Shown: positions 1 through 9,684 of the stretch, piece after piece
Layout: every line of letters starts with the position of its first letter
Position numbering within the stretch: position 1 is the first letter of the stretch
DNA from: Acidimicrobiales bacterium
GTDB lineage: Bacteria > Actinomycetota > Acidimicrobiia > Acidimicrobiales > RAAP-2
Assembly: GCA_050743805.1 (NCBI GenBank)
Contig: JBOGFX010000081.1
Coordinates: forward strand, 1 to 39,738
DNA length: 39,738 nt
Direction of reading: 5' to 3'
The notes under the pieces: model-generated
What the model saw: the letters and a program-made list of their open reading frames with translations, nothing else
The model's database searches: none
Told to the model about the DNA's origin: nothing
Made by a program: the position numbers and the translations under genes

Positions 1-328
1 GCTCGACGACGTCGTCGCTGGCAGCCTCTCGAGCGGCGACGGTGGCCAACAGCAGCTCCCGCTCGATCGCAGACTCCGGTGCAAACTGGCGGATGGAGAC
101 CACGTTCACAAGCTTGTCGAGCTGCGCCACGACCTGGTGCAGTGGGGCCGACTCCACGTCCACCACGATGGTGAGGCGGCTGAAGCGGTCGTCGTCGGTA
201 GGGGCGACGGCGAGGGAGAAGATGTTGAACCCGCGCCGCGAGAACAACCCCGCGACCCTTGCGAGCACGCCGGCCTTGTTCTCCACCAGCACCGACAGGA
301 TGTGGTGCGGGGAGGATCCCGCGATCAT
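1..328 (-). CDS. ilvN: acetolactate synthase small (regulatory) subunit, N-terminal part; the gene continues past the left window edge
   Basis: Own translation of the minus strand from ATG 328..326 gives [59 protein letters not shown]..., the ACT-domain N-terminus typical of IlvN. The start overlaps the ilvB stop in an ATGA junction. It is absent from the ORF track because no stop codon lies inside the window. Confidence 0.85.
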   Translation of the reverse strand, partial: MIAGSSPHHILSVLVENKAGVLARVAGLFSRRGFNIFSLAVAPTDDDRFSRLTIVVDVESAPLHQVVAQLDKLVNVVSIRQFAPESAIERELLLATVAAREAASDDVVE

Positions 329-2112
329 CTCAGGTCTGCCTTGTTGGGGTCCGGTTGGACCACGATCTCGTCGTTCGACCCGCCGGCCGGCACCATCGGG
401 AACACCTTCTCGAAGGCATCGGTCCGGAAGTCCACCACCACCGGCGTGTCGTCTATCGAGTTCGCCTTCTCGATCACCGCTGCGACGTCGGGCGGCGAGT
501 CCGCCCGCAGACCGACGCACCCCATCGCCTCCGCCCACTTGACGTAGTCCGGTAGGTCCGGGGAGAGGTACACCTCCGAGTAGCGCTCCGCGTAGAACAT
601 CTCCTGCCATTGACGGACCATGCCCAAGTAGGCGTTGTTCAAGATCGCGATCTTGACCGGTATGCGCTCGGCGGCGGCGGTCACCAGCTCCTGCGCGGTC
701 ATCTGGAAGCAGCCGTCGCCATCGATCGCCCAGACCGTCGCCTCCGGCCTGCCCACCTTGGCGCCGATGGAAGCTGGGACCGCGAAGCCCATGGTTCCCG
801 CGCCCCCCGAGTTGACCCACGTGTAGGGATGGTCGAAACGCCAGTACTGGGAGGCCCACATCTGGTGCTGACCGACGCCGGAGACCACGACGGTGTCCGG
901 CGGCGACATGTCACGCAGCATCTCGATGACGAGCTGGGGCTTGAGTGTCCCCGGCGCGTCGCGGTCATAGGTGAGCGGGTACCGTGCCTGCCACGCCCGC
1001 AGCTCCGACCACCACGGGCCCAGGTCACCCCGGACCCCCGAGCCTGACTCTGCCCTCGCAGCGGGATCGCTGCGCGCGCTGAGCGGTTCATGGAGCGCAC
1101 CTCGGGACCCCAGGGCGGCCAGGATCGCAGTGATGGCCACCTTGCAGTCGCCGACCATCGACACCTGAGGTGCGCGCACCTTTCCCATCTCGGCAGGATC
1201 GATGTCCACGTGCACCACCTTGGCCAAGGGCGCGAACGCGTCGAGTCGTCCGGTCACCCGGTCGTCAAAGCGCGCCCCCAGGGCCACCAAGAGGTCCGCC
1301 TTTTGCATGGCGGTGACCGCCGTGTAGTTGCCGTGCATGCCGGGCATCCCCAGGCACAGCGGATGCGAGTCCGGGAAGGCGCCGCGCGCCATGAGTGTGG
1401 TGACCACCGGGAAGCCGGTTCGCTCTGCGAGCTCTGCGAGCTCTTGGGTCGCCCGCGCCTTCAAGACGCCGCCCCCGACGTAGAGGACGGGCCGCTCGGC
1501 GCGCGCCATCAGCTCTGTTGCCTCTGCCACCGACGCCTCGTTCACCAAGGTCGACGGAGCGTACCCGGGCAGGTCCAGGTCCTCCACCGAGGATGGCCAG
1601 TACCAGGTCATCTCGGCGTTTGCGATGTCCTTGGGGAGGTCGATGAGCACCGGGCCAGGCCTCCCTGTGGTCGCCACGTGGAAGGCTGCGGCGACGGTCC
1701 GGGGGATCTCCTCGGCCGAGGTGATCAGCCAGTTGTGCTTGGTGATCCCCATAGTCACGCCGGTGATATCGCACTCCTGGAAGGCGTCGGTGCCGATGGA
1801 GAAGGAGGCGACCTGGCCCGAGATGACGACCAGGGGGGTGGAGTCCATGTACGCGTTCGACAACGGGGTGACCACATTGGTCGCCCCCGGACCGCTCGTC
1901 ACCATCGCGACCCCCGCCTTGCCGGTCACCGCCGCATAGCCTTCGGCCATGTGGCCCGCGCCCTGCTCGTGGCGGACCAGGATGTGACGGATGGACGAGT
2001 CGAGTATCGGGTCGTAGACCGGGAGGATCGCCCCACCGGGCAGGCCGAACATGACCTCCACCCCCTGGGTCTCCAGGCTCTTGATGAGTGCTTGGGCTCC
2101 GGTGAGCCTCAT
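325..2112 (-). CDS. ilvB: acetolactate synthase (acetohydroxy-acid synthase) large catalytic subunit
   Basis: 595-aa ORF starting [34 protein letters not shown]. It carries the ThDP-binding GDGCFQM...NNAYLGMV motif. A GGGAGGA Shine-Dalgarno lies just upstream of ATG 2112, and ilvN follows with an ATGA overlap. Confidence 0.95.
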   Translation of the reverse strand: MRLTGAQALIKSLETQGVEVMFGLPGGAILPVYDPILDSSIRHILVRHEQGAGHMAEGYAAVTGKAGVAMVTSGPGATNVVTPLSNAYMDSTPLVVISGQVASFSIGTDAFQECDITGVTMGITKHNWLITSAEEIPRTVAAAFHVATTGRPGPVLIDLPKDIANAEMTWYWPSSVEDLDLPGYAPSTLVNEASVAEATELMARAERPVLYVGGGVLKARATQELAELAERTGFPVVTTLMARGAFPDSHPLCLGMPGMHGNYTAVTAMQKADLLVALGARFDDRVTGRLDAFAPLAKVVHVDIDPAEMGKVRAPQVSMVGDCKVAITAILAALGSRGALHEPLSARSDPAARAESGSGVRGDLGPWWSELRAWQARYPLTYDRDAPGTLKPQLVIEMLRDMSPPDTVVVSGVGQHQMWASQYWRFDHPYTWVNSGGAGTMGFAVPASIGAKVGRPEATVWAIDGDGCFQMTAQELVTAAAERIPVKIAILNNAYLGMVRQWQEMFYAERYSEVYLSPDLPDYVKWAEAMGCVGLRADSPPDVAAVIEKANSIDDTPVVVDFRTDAFEKVFPMVPAGGSNDEIVVQPDPNKADLR

Positions 2113-2167
2113 CTGTCGTCCTCCCTTCCATCACAGATCTCTCGGGCCCCTCTGGGCCCCGAACATG

Positions 2168-2192
2168 AAAAAACCTCCCTTTTCGGGAGGTC
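2168..2192 (-). terminator. intrinsic terminator / attenuator hairpin between ilvD and ilvB
   Basis: The minus strand reads GACCUCCC-GAAAA-GGGAGGUUUUUU: a 6-7 bp GC stem, a 5-nt loop and a run of six U. It lies 56 nt upstream of the ilvB ATG and downstream of the leader peptide ORF. Confidence 0.65.
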
Positions 2193-2220
2193 GAGCGCGC
2201 GCTGAGATGTGCTCCGCGCG

Positions 2221-2259
2221 CTAACTCGTTACTACCAGGATCGTCTTGAGACCGAACAT
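2221..2259 (-). CDS. ilvB leader peptide (MFGLKTILVVTS) of a branched-chain amino acid attenuator
   Basis: 12-codon ORF ATG TTC GGT CTC AAG ACG ATC CTG GTA GTA ACG AGT TAG with a consecutive Ile-Leu-Val-Val run. It is followed by a GC-rich hairpin (GCGCGCGGAG..CUCAGCGCGC) and then the U-tract terminator. The layout matches the leader-peptide attenuators known for ilvBNC in other Actinobacteria. Confidence 0.6.
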   Translation of the reverse strand: MFGLKTILVVTS

Positions 2260-2348
2260 GACTCGGGTATTTTGCCATGTCGACGGCGCTCCGACAAGGC
2301 GCGCCCGCGGCCGACGCCCCGGAGGAACCACCAAAGGGAGCGAGACCC

Positions 2349-4043
2349 TCAGGCCTCGGTGATGGCACCTCTTTCGGCACCGCTCACCAGGCGCGCGAAC
2401 TTGGCTAGGACGCCGGTTGTGTACCTCGGCTCGAAGGCTTTCAGGTGCTGTCGGCGGACCGACAGCTCTGCCTCGTCGACCGCCAGGTCGATCCGGTGCG
2501 CGCTGACGTCCACCTCGATCGTATCCCCGTCGGCCACCAGGGCTATCGGCCCTCCACGTGCCGCCTCCGGGGCCACGTGGCCGATGCAAAAGCCGTGGGT
2601 CCCCCCGGAGAACCGCCCGTCGGTCACCAGCGCGCAGTCGGCGCCGCGGCCAGCTCCTTCGAGGGCACCGGTTACCGCCAGCATCTCAGGCATCCCCGGG
2701 CCCCCCTGCGGGCCTTCGTAGCGGATGACCAGAACGGTGCGCGGCTCGATGGATCCTGCGACGATCGCCTCCATGGCCGCCGCTTCTCCGTCGAAGACCC
2801 GTGCGCGGCCGGCGAAGCTGAACCCGTCGAGGCCGGCGACCTTGACGACCGCGCCCTTGGGGGCCAAGGAGCCCGAAAGGATCGCGATGCCTCCCGACCG
2901 ATGGATCGGCCTGCTGAGGGCGTGAACCACCTCGCCGTCGGGTTCAGGGGGGTCCAAGACAGCCAGGTTCTCCGCCATCGTCTTGCCGGTCACCGTGAGG
3001 CAGTCGCCGTCGAGCAGGCCCGCTTCGAGCAGGGCGCGTAGCACGACCGGGATGCCCCCGATCCGGTCGATGTCAACCATGTGATAGCGCCCGTGTGGCT
3101 TGGCGTCGGTGATGTGCGGGACCTGGGCTGCGATCCTGTTGAAGTCGTCGAGCTCCAAGGAGACCTGTGCCTCATTCGCGATGGCGAGAAGGTGAAGGAC
3201 GGCATTGGTCGAGCCTCCCAATGCCATCACCGCGGCGATCGCGTTCTCGAAGGCGGACCTGGTCATTATCTGACGCGGGCGGATGTTGTGAGCGAGAAGG
3301 TCGACCACCGCCACGCCGGACGCGTAGGCGAGCTCGTCGCGCCGGGGGTCGACGGCCGGAGCCGAGGAGCTGCCCGGAAGCGCCATGCCTAGCGCCTCGG
3401 CGACCGCCGCCATGGTGTTCGCGGTGAACATGCCGGCGCACGACCCCTGGGTCGGGCACGCGTTGCACTCGATCGAGGCGAGCTCGCTGTCGCTCAGATC
3501 TCCGACGGCGTTCGCGCCGACCGCCTCGAAGACGCTCACGATGTCGAGCACCCGGTCTCCCAAACGGCCGGGCAGGATGGTCCCGCCGTAGAGGAAGACG
3601 CTCGGCAGGTTCAGCCGTGCGGCAGCCATGAGCATCCCGGGGAGCGACTTGTCACAGCCGGCGAAGGCGACGAGCGCGTCAAAACGCTCGGCGTGCATCA
3701 TCGTCTCTACCGAGTCCGCGATGACCTCCCGGCTGACCAAAGACGCGCGCATGCCCTCGTGCCCCATCGCGATGCCATCGGAGACCGCGATGGTCACGAA
3801 CTCGAAGGGGAAGCCACCTGCGTTGCGCACCCCATCCTTGGCCTGCTGGGCAAGCCTCGACAAAGAGAGATTGCAGGGAGTCACCTCGTTCCAGCTCGAG
3901 GCGACTCCCACCTGGGGCTTGTCCCAATCGGCATCGGTCATGCCGACAGCACGCAGCATCGCCCTCGCTGGAGCTCTCGCGGCCCCGTCGGTGACCACGT
4001 AGCTCCGTGGCTTCATCACGTTGCCTTGTGTGTTCTCGGTCAC
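2349..4043 (-). CDS. ilvD: dihydroxy-acid dehydratase
   Basis: 564-aa ORF with [49 protein letters not shown] and the CDKSLPGM cluster region typical of IlvD. The start is either GTG 4043, preceded by TACACT 6 nt upstream (possible leaderless start), or ATG 4016. Confidence 0.95.
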   Translation of the reverse strand: MTENTQGNVMKPRSYVVTDGAARAPARAMLRAVGMTDADWDKPQVGVASSWNEVTPCNLSLSRLAQQAKDGVRNAGGFPFEFVTIAVSDGIAMGHEGMRASLVSREVIADSVETMMHAERFDALVAFAGCDKSLPGMLMAAARLNLPSVFLYGGTILPGRLGDRVLDIVSVFEAVGANAVGDLSDSELASIECNACPTQGSCAGMFTANTMAAVAEALGMALPGSSSAPAVDPRRDELAYASGVAVVDLLAHNIRPRQIMTRSAFENAIAAVMALGGSTNAVLHLLAIANEAQVSLELDDFNRIAAQVPHITDAKPHGRYHMVDIDRIGGIPVVLRALLEAGLLDGDCLTVTGKTMAENLAVLDPPEPDGEVVHALSRPIHRSGGIAILSGSLAPKGAVVKVAGLDGFSFAGRARVFDGEAAAMEAIVAGSIEPRTVLVIRYEGPQGGPGMPEMLAVTGALEGAGRGADCALVTDGRFSGGTHGFCIGHVAPEAARGGPIALVADGDTIEVDVSAHRIDLAVDEAELSVRRQHLKAFEPRYTTGVLAKFARLVSGAERGAITEA

Positions 4044-4360
4044 GAGGGCAGTGTAGGACCCGCTGCGTCCCCGCCCTTGCGTTCGGTTCTGGGCCCTTGT
4101 GCGTCGAGCGCACCGAGGCTCGCTCCGTCGCCCCGACGTGCTCGCCAGGGACCCCTGCGAGATCGATCACCCGCTTTCAACAACTCTCAGCGCCCTCGCC
4201 GCCTCTCGAGGCGACAGCTGGCCTCCCAGCCCGCCGAGGTCGCGTTGAGCGGGTGAACGGTCTCGCTGACGGGGCACCACGGTCACCGAGCACAGGAGAC
4301 ATCGAGATCGACCGAGGGGCGCGCCCGCGCTCAGCAGGGCGCACCGAGGCTCTCCAGGCG

Positions 4361-5833
4361 CTAATGGGGATGTCCCTGCCTGCGCTCGGCCAGCTCGGCC
4401 GCGAGTGCCGCGCCGTCTGCGCGCTTGGCGGTCAACCTCATCACCTGACCGATGAGCATCCCGGCCACCTTGTCGTCCCCCCCCAGGTATCTCTCCCACG
4501 CGCCTGGGTGCAGCGCTATGACTTCGTCCAAGGCCGAGGCCAGCTCGTTCTGACCCATGGCCGAGAGCCCGAGCTGACGGGCTATGTCCGCCGGATCACC
4601 CCCGTGCTTCATGAGGGCTCCGAGCACCAGCTTGGTCTGACTGGCGGAGAGCTCGGCCGAAGCCTCCATCAAGAGGAGCTTGCCAAGCGCGTCCGGGTCG
4701 AGCGAACGGGCTGCCTCAGCATCTGCGGCGACCTCGTTGGCCGTGCGCGCCAACGCAAGGCCGGGGGGAACGCCGTGCTCGCACGCGCGACGGACCAGCC
4801 CATCGAGGTCCGATGCGACGACCGAGCGGATCTGCTCGGCTTGGGCGGCGGTGAGGTCGGCGCCGAGCAACCCTGCGAGCGCACTCCTGCGCTCGGCCGG
4901 CATGGGCCCGAGGCCAGCCGCGATCCTTGCGAGGTCGGCCCTCCCGGGCACCACGGGGACCAGGTCGGGCTCGGGGAAGTACCGATAGTCGTCCACCTGC
5001 TCCTTCGAGCGCATCGATAGGGTCCTGCCCCCGTCCTCGTCCCAGTGGCGGGTCTCTTGGGCCACGCGCCCGCCAGATCCGAGAACCTCGATCTGGCGGG
5101 ACGCCTCGTAGTCGACCGCCCGCAGCAGCGAGCGCATCGAGTTGAGATTCTTGATCTCGCAGCGGGTACCCATCGCTTCCTTGGATCTGCGCACCGAGAC
5201 GTTGGCGTCGATCCGCATGGAACCTTCCTCCATCCGGCCGTCGGAGGCCCCGGTTGCGACCAGGATGGAGCGCAGCTCCATGGCGTAGGCGCGGGCTTGG
5301 GCCGCCGAGCGGAGGTCCGGGGCGCTGACTATCTCAACCAGCGGTACGCCCGAGCGGTTGTAGTCGATCAAGGCATACTCGGCTCCGCCGATCCTGCCCG
5401 TGCCGCCGACGTGGGTCGTCTTGCCAGTGTCCTCCTCCAGGTGAGCTCGCTCTATGGCGATCACGGTGCCGTCGGCCAGCTCCAGCCGGCCCCCTGTGTT
5501 GATGGGGGCGTCGTACTGGCTGATCTGGAAGTCCTTGGGCATGTCGGGATAGAAGTAGTTCTTGCGGTGGAAGCGGGACGCGACGATGTCGCAGCGCAGG
5601 GCGATCCCGATCGCTTCGGCCAGCTCCACCGCGTGGCGGTTCAGAACGGGCAGCGATCCGGGGAGCCCGAGACACACCGGGCAGATGTTGGTGTTGGGCT
5701 CCTGGCCGAACACGTTGGAGCACCCGCAGAACAGCTTGGTCGAGGTCGCGAGCTCACAGTGGACCTCCAGGCCGATCACGGTCTCCCACGAACCGAGCAC
5801 TCCCCCTTGGTCCCCTTGGTCCGAGCCGCTCAC
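4361..5833 (-). CDS. gatB: Asp-tRNA(Asn)/Glu-tRNA(Gln) amidotransferase subunit B
   Basis: The ORF contains [23 protein letters not shown]..., a classic GatB N-terminus. The ORF-track start at 6034 would overlap gatA extensively. GTG 5833 forms a GTGA overlap with the gatA stop (5830..5832) and gives a normal length of about 490 aa. Confidence 0.9.
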   Translation of the reverse strand: MSGSDQGDQGGVLGSWETVIGLEVHCELATSTKLFCGCSNVFGQEPNTNICPVCLGLPGSLPVLNRHAVELAEAIGIALRCDIVASRFHRKNYFYPDMPKDFQISQYDAPINTGGRLELADGTVIAIERAHLEEDTGKTTHVGGTGRIGGAEYALIDYNRSGVPLVEIVSAPDLRSAAQARAYAMELRSILVATGASDGRMEEGSMRIDANVSVRRSKEAMGTRCEIKNLNSMRSLLRAVDYEASRQIEVLGSGGRVAQETRHWDEDGGRTLSMRSKEQVDDYRYFPEPDLVPVVPGRADLARIAAGLGPMPAERRSALAGLLGADLTAAQAEQIRSVVASDLDGLVRRACEHGVPPGLALARTANEVAADAEAARSLDPDALGKLLLMEASAELSASQTKLVLGALMKHGGDPADIARQLGLSAMGQNELASALDEVIALHPGAWERYLGGDDKVAGMLIGQVMRLTAKRADGAALAAELAERRQGHPH

Positions 5834-7296
5834 GAAGAGGGGTCCCCAGCTTCGAAGCCGGGAGGCTCGGGAGTCTGGGGGGCCGCGCGCTCCAGGGCTG
5901 CCCCCAGAGCGAAAATGACGGGCTCGCCCAGTGGCGGAGCCATGATCTGCACCCCGATCGGCAGGCCCCCCTCGTCTGTCCCGTAGGGGACGGACATCGC
6001 CGGATGCCCCGCAAGGCTGGCCGGGACCGTGCAAGCGTCGGAGCCGTACATGGCGAGCAGATCGGAGCTGCGCTCGCCGATCCTGAAGGCGGTGGTCGGC
6101 GTGGTCGCGCCCAACAGCGCGTCGAACTTCTCGTAGGCGTCCGCGAAGCCCCGGGCTACCAGGGCGCGGACCTGCTGGGCCCTCACGTAGTAGGCGTCGT
6201 AGTAGCCCGCCGACAACGCGTAGGTGCCCAGCATTATCCGTCGCTTCACCTCCGCTCCAAAGCCCTCGGTCCTCGTCGCGGTGTTCATCGCGGCGGCGTC
6301 GGGGCCATCCACCCGCAGGCCGTAGCGAGCTCCGTCGAAGCGGGCAAGGTTGGAGGAGGCCTCCGCCGGGGCGATCAGGTAGTAGGCGGGCAGACCGTAC
6401 GCAAGGTTTGGGATCGACACCTCCTCGACAACGGCGCCGCCGCGTGCCAGAGCCTGGGCGGCCTCCCTCACCCGGGCCCCGATCTCGGGGGCGACGGTGT
6501 CCACCAGCTCGCGAACGACACCGATCCGCTTGCCCGACGAGCCCTCTTCAAGGGCCTCATTGAGGTCGGGCACCGGTTGGGGAAGCGAGGTCGTGTCCTT
6601 TGGGTCGTGGCCGCCGATCGCCTCGAGAACCGCTGCGGCGTCCGAGACCGAGGCGGCAAGCGGGCCGATCTGGTCCAGTGAGCTGGCGAACGCGACGAGG
6701 CCGTAGCGCGAGACCAACCCGTAGGTGGGCTTGAGCCCCACCACGCCGCACAGCGCGGCAGGCTGGCGTATGGACCCGCCGGTGTCGGACCCGAGAGCGA
6801 GAGGGACCAGCCCCGCGGCGACAGACGCCGCGGACCCCCCGCTCGACCCGCCCGGGACCCGGTCAAGGTCGTAGGGGTTGCGCGTCGGGCCGGAACAGGA
6901 GTTCTCGGTGGAGGACCCCATGGCGAACTCGTCCATGTTGGTCTTGCCGACCACCACCGCTCCGGCGGACTCCAGCCTCTCTACGACGTGCGCGTCGTAG
7001 GGAGGCTTCCAACCTTCCAGGATCCTTGACGAGCAGGTCGTCGCCACGCCGCGGGTGCACAGGTTGTCCTTCAGCGCGACGGGCACTCCTGCGAGCGGGC
7101 CGGGGTCGTCCCCCGACGCCACCCTCGCGTCGATCGCGTCCGCCCTGGCGAGCGCCGACTCGGCCATCGTCTCGAGGAAGGCATGGAGGCTCCCGTCGAG
7201 GCGCGTGATCCTCTCGAGCGATCCGGCGACCAGCTCTCGGGCAGAGCGCTCCTGGGTGCGCACCTGGGCTGCCAGAGCCAGCGCGGAGCGCCTCAC
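5830..7296 (-). CDS. gatA: Asp-tRNA(Asn)/Glu-tRNA(Gln) amidotransferase subunit A (amidase family)
   Basis: 488-aa ORF with the amidase signature [14 protein letters not shown] and KDNLCTRG. The GTG start overlaps the gatC stop as GTGA. Confidence 0.95.
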   Translation of the reverse strand: MRRSALALAAQVRTQERSARELVAGSLERITRLDGSLHAFLETMAESALARADAIDARVASGDDPGPLAGVPVALKDNLCTRGVATTCSSRILEGWKPPYDAHVVERLESAGAVVVGKTNMDEFAMGSSTENSCSGPTRNPYDLDRVPGGSSGGSAASVAAGLVPLALGSDTGGSIRQPAALCGVVGLKPTYGLVSRYGLVAFASSLDQIGPLAASVSDAAAVLEAIGGHDPKDTTSLPQPVPDLNEALEEGSSGKRIGVVRELVDTVAPEIGARVREAAQALARGGAVVEEVSIPNLAYGLPAYYLIAPAEASSNLARFDGARYGLRVDGPDAAAMNTATRTEGFGAEVKRRIMLGTYALSAGYYDAYYVRAQQVRALVARGFADAYEKFDALLGATTPTTAFRIGERSSDLLAMYGSDACTVPASLAGHPAMSVPYGTDEGGLPIGVQIMAPPLGEPVIFALGAALERAAPQTPEPPGFEAGDPSS

Positions 7297-7616
7297 GGCT
7301 CCTCGGAGAGCAGACGGGGCACCTTGAAGCGACCGTCCTCGTGGGCCGGCGCTTGGGAGAGGACCTCACCTCGGTCAAGAGATGCAGCGGGCAAGTCGTC
7401 GCGCAAGACATCGTGGAGCTCGAGCGGGTGCGACATCGGCTCCAGGCCGTCAACGTCGGCCTTTTCGACCTGCGCCGCGTACTCGAGCACAGAGGCAAGC
7501 TGGTCGGTGAAGGCCACCAGCTCGCCCTCCGAGAGCTCCAAGCGCGCGAGATGAGCCACGTGGGCGACGTCCTCTCTTGCGATGCGACCCGGCGGGGTCG
7601 CCTCGGTCCCCTTCAC
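7293..7616 (-). CDS. gatC: Asp-tRNA(Asn)/Glu-tRNA(Gln) amidotransferase subunit C
   Basis: The C-terminal ~100 aa of the 145-aa ORF ([53 protein letters not shown]) is GatC-like. GTG 7616 forms a GTGA overlap with the stop of the upstream hydrolase gene. The exact start is uncertain. Confidence 0.8.
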   Translation of the reverse strand: MKGTEATPPGRIAREDVAHVAHLARLELSEGELVAFTDQLASVLEYAAQVEKADVDGLEPMSHPLELHDVLRDDLPAASLDRGEVLSQAPAHEDGRFKVPRLLSEEP

Positions 7617-8359
7617 GAGGGCGCTCCCGTGACCTTCGCCGAGAACTCGACGCTGAGCCGCTCGACCTCGGGCGCGTCGTAGTCCAAGGTCGCGACGTGG
7701 AAGCTGTGTTCGAGCCAGACCCTGGTGCACCGCTCGCCCAGTGCCGCGGCGATCATGTCCCCGTTGGCCGGCGGCACCAGGTGATCTTGACGGCTTGACA
7801 CAAGCAGCACCTCGCAGTCGATGCCCTGGAGGCGACCCGCGAGTTGATCGGCGGCCTCTACCAACGAGAGCAGCGGGACCAGAGGCGTCTTGTCATAGGA
7901 GAGGACCACGGCATCTTCGCGGGCGATGTCCGAGCCGAGCCCGTCGACGACCGTCTCCCCTGCGTCGATGGCTGCAAGCAGAGCGTCGCGCTGGTCTTTG
8001 GGGATTGAACCGATGAAGGGGTTGATGAGCACCAGGCCGGCGACGTCGTCCCTATGGACGCCCAGCCACGAAGCGATCGTGCCCCCCATGGACAGGCCTA
8101 CGACCACCACGCGGTCACACAGCGTCGCCAGAGCGTCGAACGCGGCATCCGCGCAGGCCGCCCACTGGTCAAAGCGGCTGTCCAGCATGTCTTCGACGCT
8201 CGTGCCGTGGCCGGGCATCAGCGGTGCAGAAACGGTCATTCCCGCCATCGCCAAGGCCTGGGAGACCCCCTTCATCGAGAAGGGGTTCCCGGTGAAGCCG
8301 TGGAGAACGAGCGCGCCTTGCCGTCCGCCTCTTGCGAAGAACGGCTCAGCACCAGCCAT
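7613..8359 (-). CDS. alpha/beta-fold hydrolase (carboxylesterase / monoacylglycerol-lipase-like)
   Basis: Only the last 248 aa of the 517-aa ORF look real, starting MAGAEPFFARGGRQGALVLHGFTGNPFSMKG. They carry the nucleophile elbow GLSMGG and a C-terminal His (HSFHV). The upstream part of the ORF overlaps plus-strand genes and looks non-protein-like. Confidence 0.85.
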   Translation of the reverse strand: MAGAEPFFARGGRQGALVLHGFTGNPFSMKGVSQALAMAGMTVSAPLMPGHGTSVEDMLDSRFDQWAACADAAFDALATLCDRVVVVGLSMGGTIASWLGVHRDDVAGLVLINPFIGSIPKDQRDALLAAIDAGETVVDGLGSDIAREDAVVLSYDKTPLVPLLSLVEAADQLAGRLQGIDCEVLLVSSRQDHLVPPANGDMIAAALGERCTRVWLEHSFHVATLDYDAPEVERLSVEFSAKVTGAPS

Positions 8360-8545
8360 GAGGGCGCCAACCACGAGAGGGGATGCTAACCACGCAGGGA
8401 CCGGCTCTTGGCGCAGATGCCGACGCCGGGCCCGGGGGCCATCTAGATTGCGAGCCTCGGTCCCTTCCCCGGATAGACCGGGCGCGCCGAGTTGCGCGCA
8501 GAGCAACGCATGGCAACAGAGCAAGCAGAGCAAGGAGATCCTTCG

Positions 8546-8944
8546 ATGCCCTTCGAGTTCTTGAGCGAGGACTGGGTCAGGGAGGCTCGCCTGATCAGGG
8601 CCGAGCTTCAACAGAGCGGTCCCCCGCCCCAGGCGGTCAGGATCAATCTCGTGGTCACCCAGGTCCCCGGGCGAGACCAGCTCGAGGCTCACGTGGACAC
8701 GACCGGGGGGTTGACCGACATCGAGCTCGGCCACCTGGAGGGGGTCGACGTGACCGTGACCCTCGACTTCGACACGGCCAAGGCCATCTTCGTCAACGGG
8801 GGGGGCGACACCGCAACGGCCGCGTTCATGGCGGGCAGGATCCGCGTGGACGGAGACATCGCAAAGCTGATGGCCTTCCAGGGCGGGGCGGCTCTTGGCG
8901 GCTCCTCCGAGTTGACGGCCAGGATCCGGGCCATCACCGCCTGA
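8546..8944 (+). CDS. SCP2 (sterol carrier protein 2)-like lipid-binding domain protein
   Basis: MPFEFLSEDWVREARLI...TLDFDTAKAIFVNGGGDTATAAFMAGRIRVDGDIAKLMAF matches the SCP2 fold pattern. An AAGGAG Shine-Dalgarno lies 8 nt upstream of ATG 8546, preferred over the longer ORF-track start at 8492. Confidence 0.75.
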   Translation: MPFEFLSEDWVREARLIRAELQQSGPPPQAVRINLVVTQVPGRDQLEAHVDTTGGLTDIELGHLEGVDVTVTLDFDTAKAIFVNGGGDTATAAFMAGRIRVDGDIAKLMAFQGGAALGGSSELTARIRAITA

Positions 8945-9010
8945 GCGAAAGCGCCTTTTTAAGGGCCCCGGCCCGGGAACACATCTGGGGATCGACGGGT
9001 TGTCCATCCC

Positions 9011-9631
9011 ATGAGCGATGACACGACACATGTCGATTTCTGGTTCGATCCGATCTGCCCTTGGGCGTGGATCACGTCCCGCTGGATGCTGGAGGTCGAA
9101 CAGGTGAGATCGGTGAAGACCAGTTGGAACATCATGTCGCTCGCCTATCTCAACCTCGAGCAGCACGATTCGTCACAGATGGACGAAGAGCACCGCCAGA
9201 ACATGGAGCGAGCCTGGGGCCCCGTGAGGATTTGCGCCGCAGCCGCCAAGTCCAAGGGCGCCGACGTCCTGCTGCCCCTGTACACCGCCATGGGCAATCG
9301 TTTCCACAACGAGCAGCGGCGAGGCCCGGAGGCGACCGCGGAGGCGATCGAAGAGGTGGGCCTCGACAGCTCGCTGATAGAGGCGGCCCAGAGCACCGAG
9401 CTCGACGAAGAGATCAAGGCCTCCCACCAGCGCGGGATGGACCAGGTAGGCCTTGACGTGGGCACCCCGGTCATCAGCGTCGCCGGTACGGCGTTCTTCG
9501 GCCCGGTCGTCACGCCCATCCCCAGGGCCGAGGCCGCAGGCGTCCTTTGGGACGGGGTCCTGGCGGTGGCCGGCACCGACGGGTTCTTCGAGCTGAAGAG
9601 GACCCGGGACCGTCGCCCGATCTTCGACTGA
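9011..9631 (+). CDS. DsbA-fold thiol oxidoreductase of the Rv2466c (mycoredoxin-2 like) family, CPWA variant
   Basis: 206 aa: FWFDPICPWAWITSRWMLEV...WGPVRICAAA...LYTAMGNRFHN...DVGTPVISVAGTAFFGPVVTPIPRAEAAGVLWDGV...FFELKRTR. It is collinear with my recollection of M. tuberculosis Rv2466c. Confidence 0.85.
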   Translation: MSDDTTHVDFWFDPICPWAWITSRWMLEVEQVRSVKTSWNIMSLAYLNLEQHDSSQMDEEHRQNMERAWGPVRICAAAAKSKGADVLLPLYTAMGNRFHNEQRRGPEATAEAIEEVGLDSSLIEAAQSTELDEEIKASHQRGMDQVGLDVGTPVISVAGTAFFGPVVTPIPRAEAAGVLWDGVLAVAGTDGFFELKRTRDRRPIFD

Positions 9632-9684
9632 GCCCATCAGCTCTGGCCAGCCCATCAGCCCTGGTCAGCCCATCAGCTCTTCTC
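9631..9684. repeat. three tandem 18-nt repeats filling the convergent spacer between the DsbA-like gene and the kinase gene
   Basis: AGCCCATCAGCTCTGGCC / AGCCCATCAGCCCTGGTC / AGCCCATCAGCTCTTCTC, read directly. The first unit starts on the last base of the DsbA-like stop and the last unit runs into the kinase stop. Confidence 0.9.

Noticed and set aside
1090-2380. Long ORFs 1090..2205 (+) and 1265..2380 (-) of 371 aa each, overlapping ilvB
   Set aside because: They are Arg/Pro/Gly-rich shadow frames of a GC-rich gene with no recognisable motifs. The same applies to 20890..22419 (+) over ileS, 10688..11551 (+) over the kinase, 17066..18124 (+), 30896..31843 (-) and similar track entries.
4361-6034. 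gatB as a 557-aa protein starting at 6034
   Set aside because: The first ~67 codons overlap the gatA 3' end in another frame and are Arg/Gly/Pro-rich. The conserved GatB sequence begins right after the GTGA junction at 5833.
8500-8535. Three copies of AGAGCAA in the SCP2 gene leader
   Set aside because: It is a 7-mer repeat within 36 nt that overlaps the discarded upstream part of the ORF. That is too little to distinguish from chance.
8968-8980. 13-mer CCGGCCCGGGAAC shared by the spacers after the SCP2 gene (8968) and after csp (19066)
   Set aside because: It is a short, almost pure G/C word. Matches of this length are expected by chance in about 40 kb of GC-rich DNA, and there is no extended similarity around it.
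8360-9166. N-terminal 269 aa of the 517-aa ORF 7613..9166 (-)
   Set aside because: It overlaps the well-supported plus-strand SCP2 and DsbA-like genes, the translation is low-complexity, and a good Met start (8359) precedes the hydrolase domain.
9631-9684. CRISPR array (here and at 30284-30360)
   Set aside because: There are only two to three directly abutting units with no spacers, the units are 18-32 nt, and no cas genes are present. These are simple tandem repeats.
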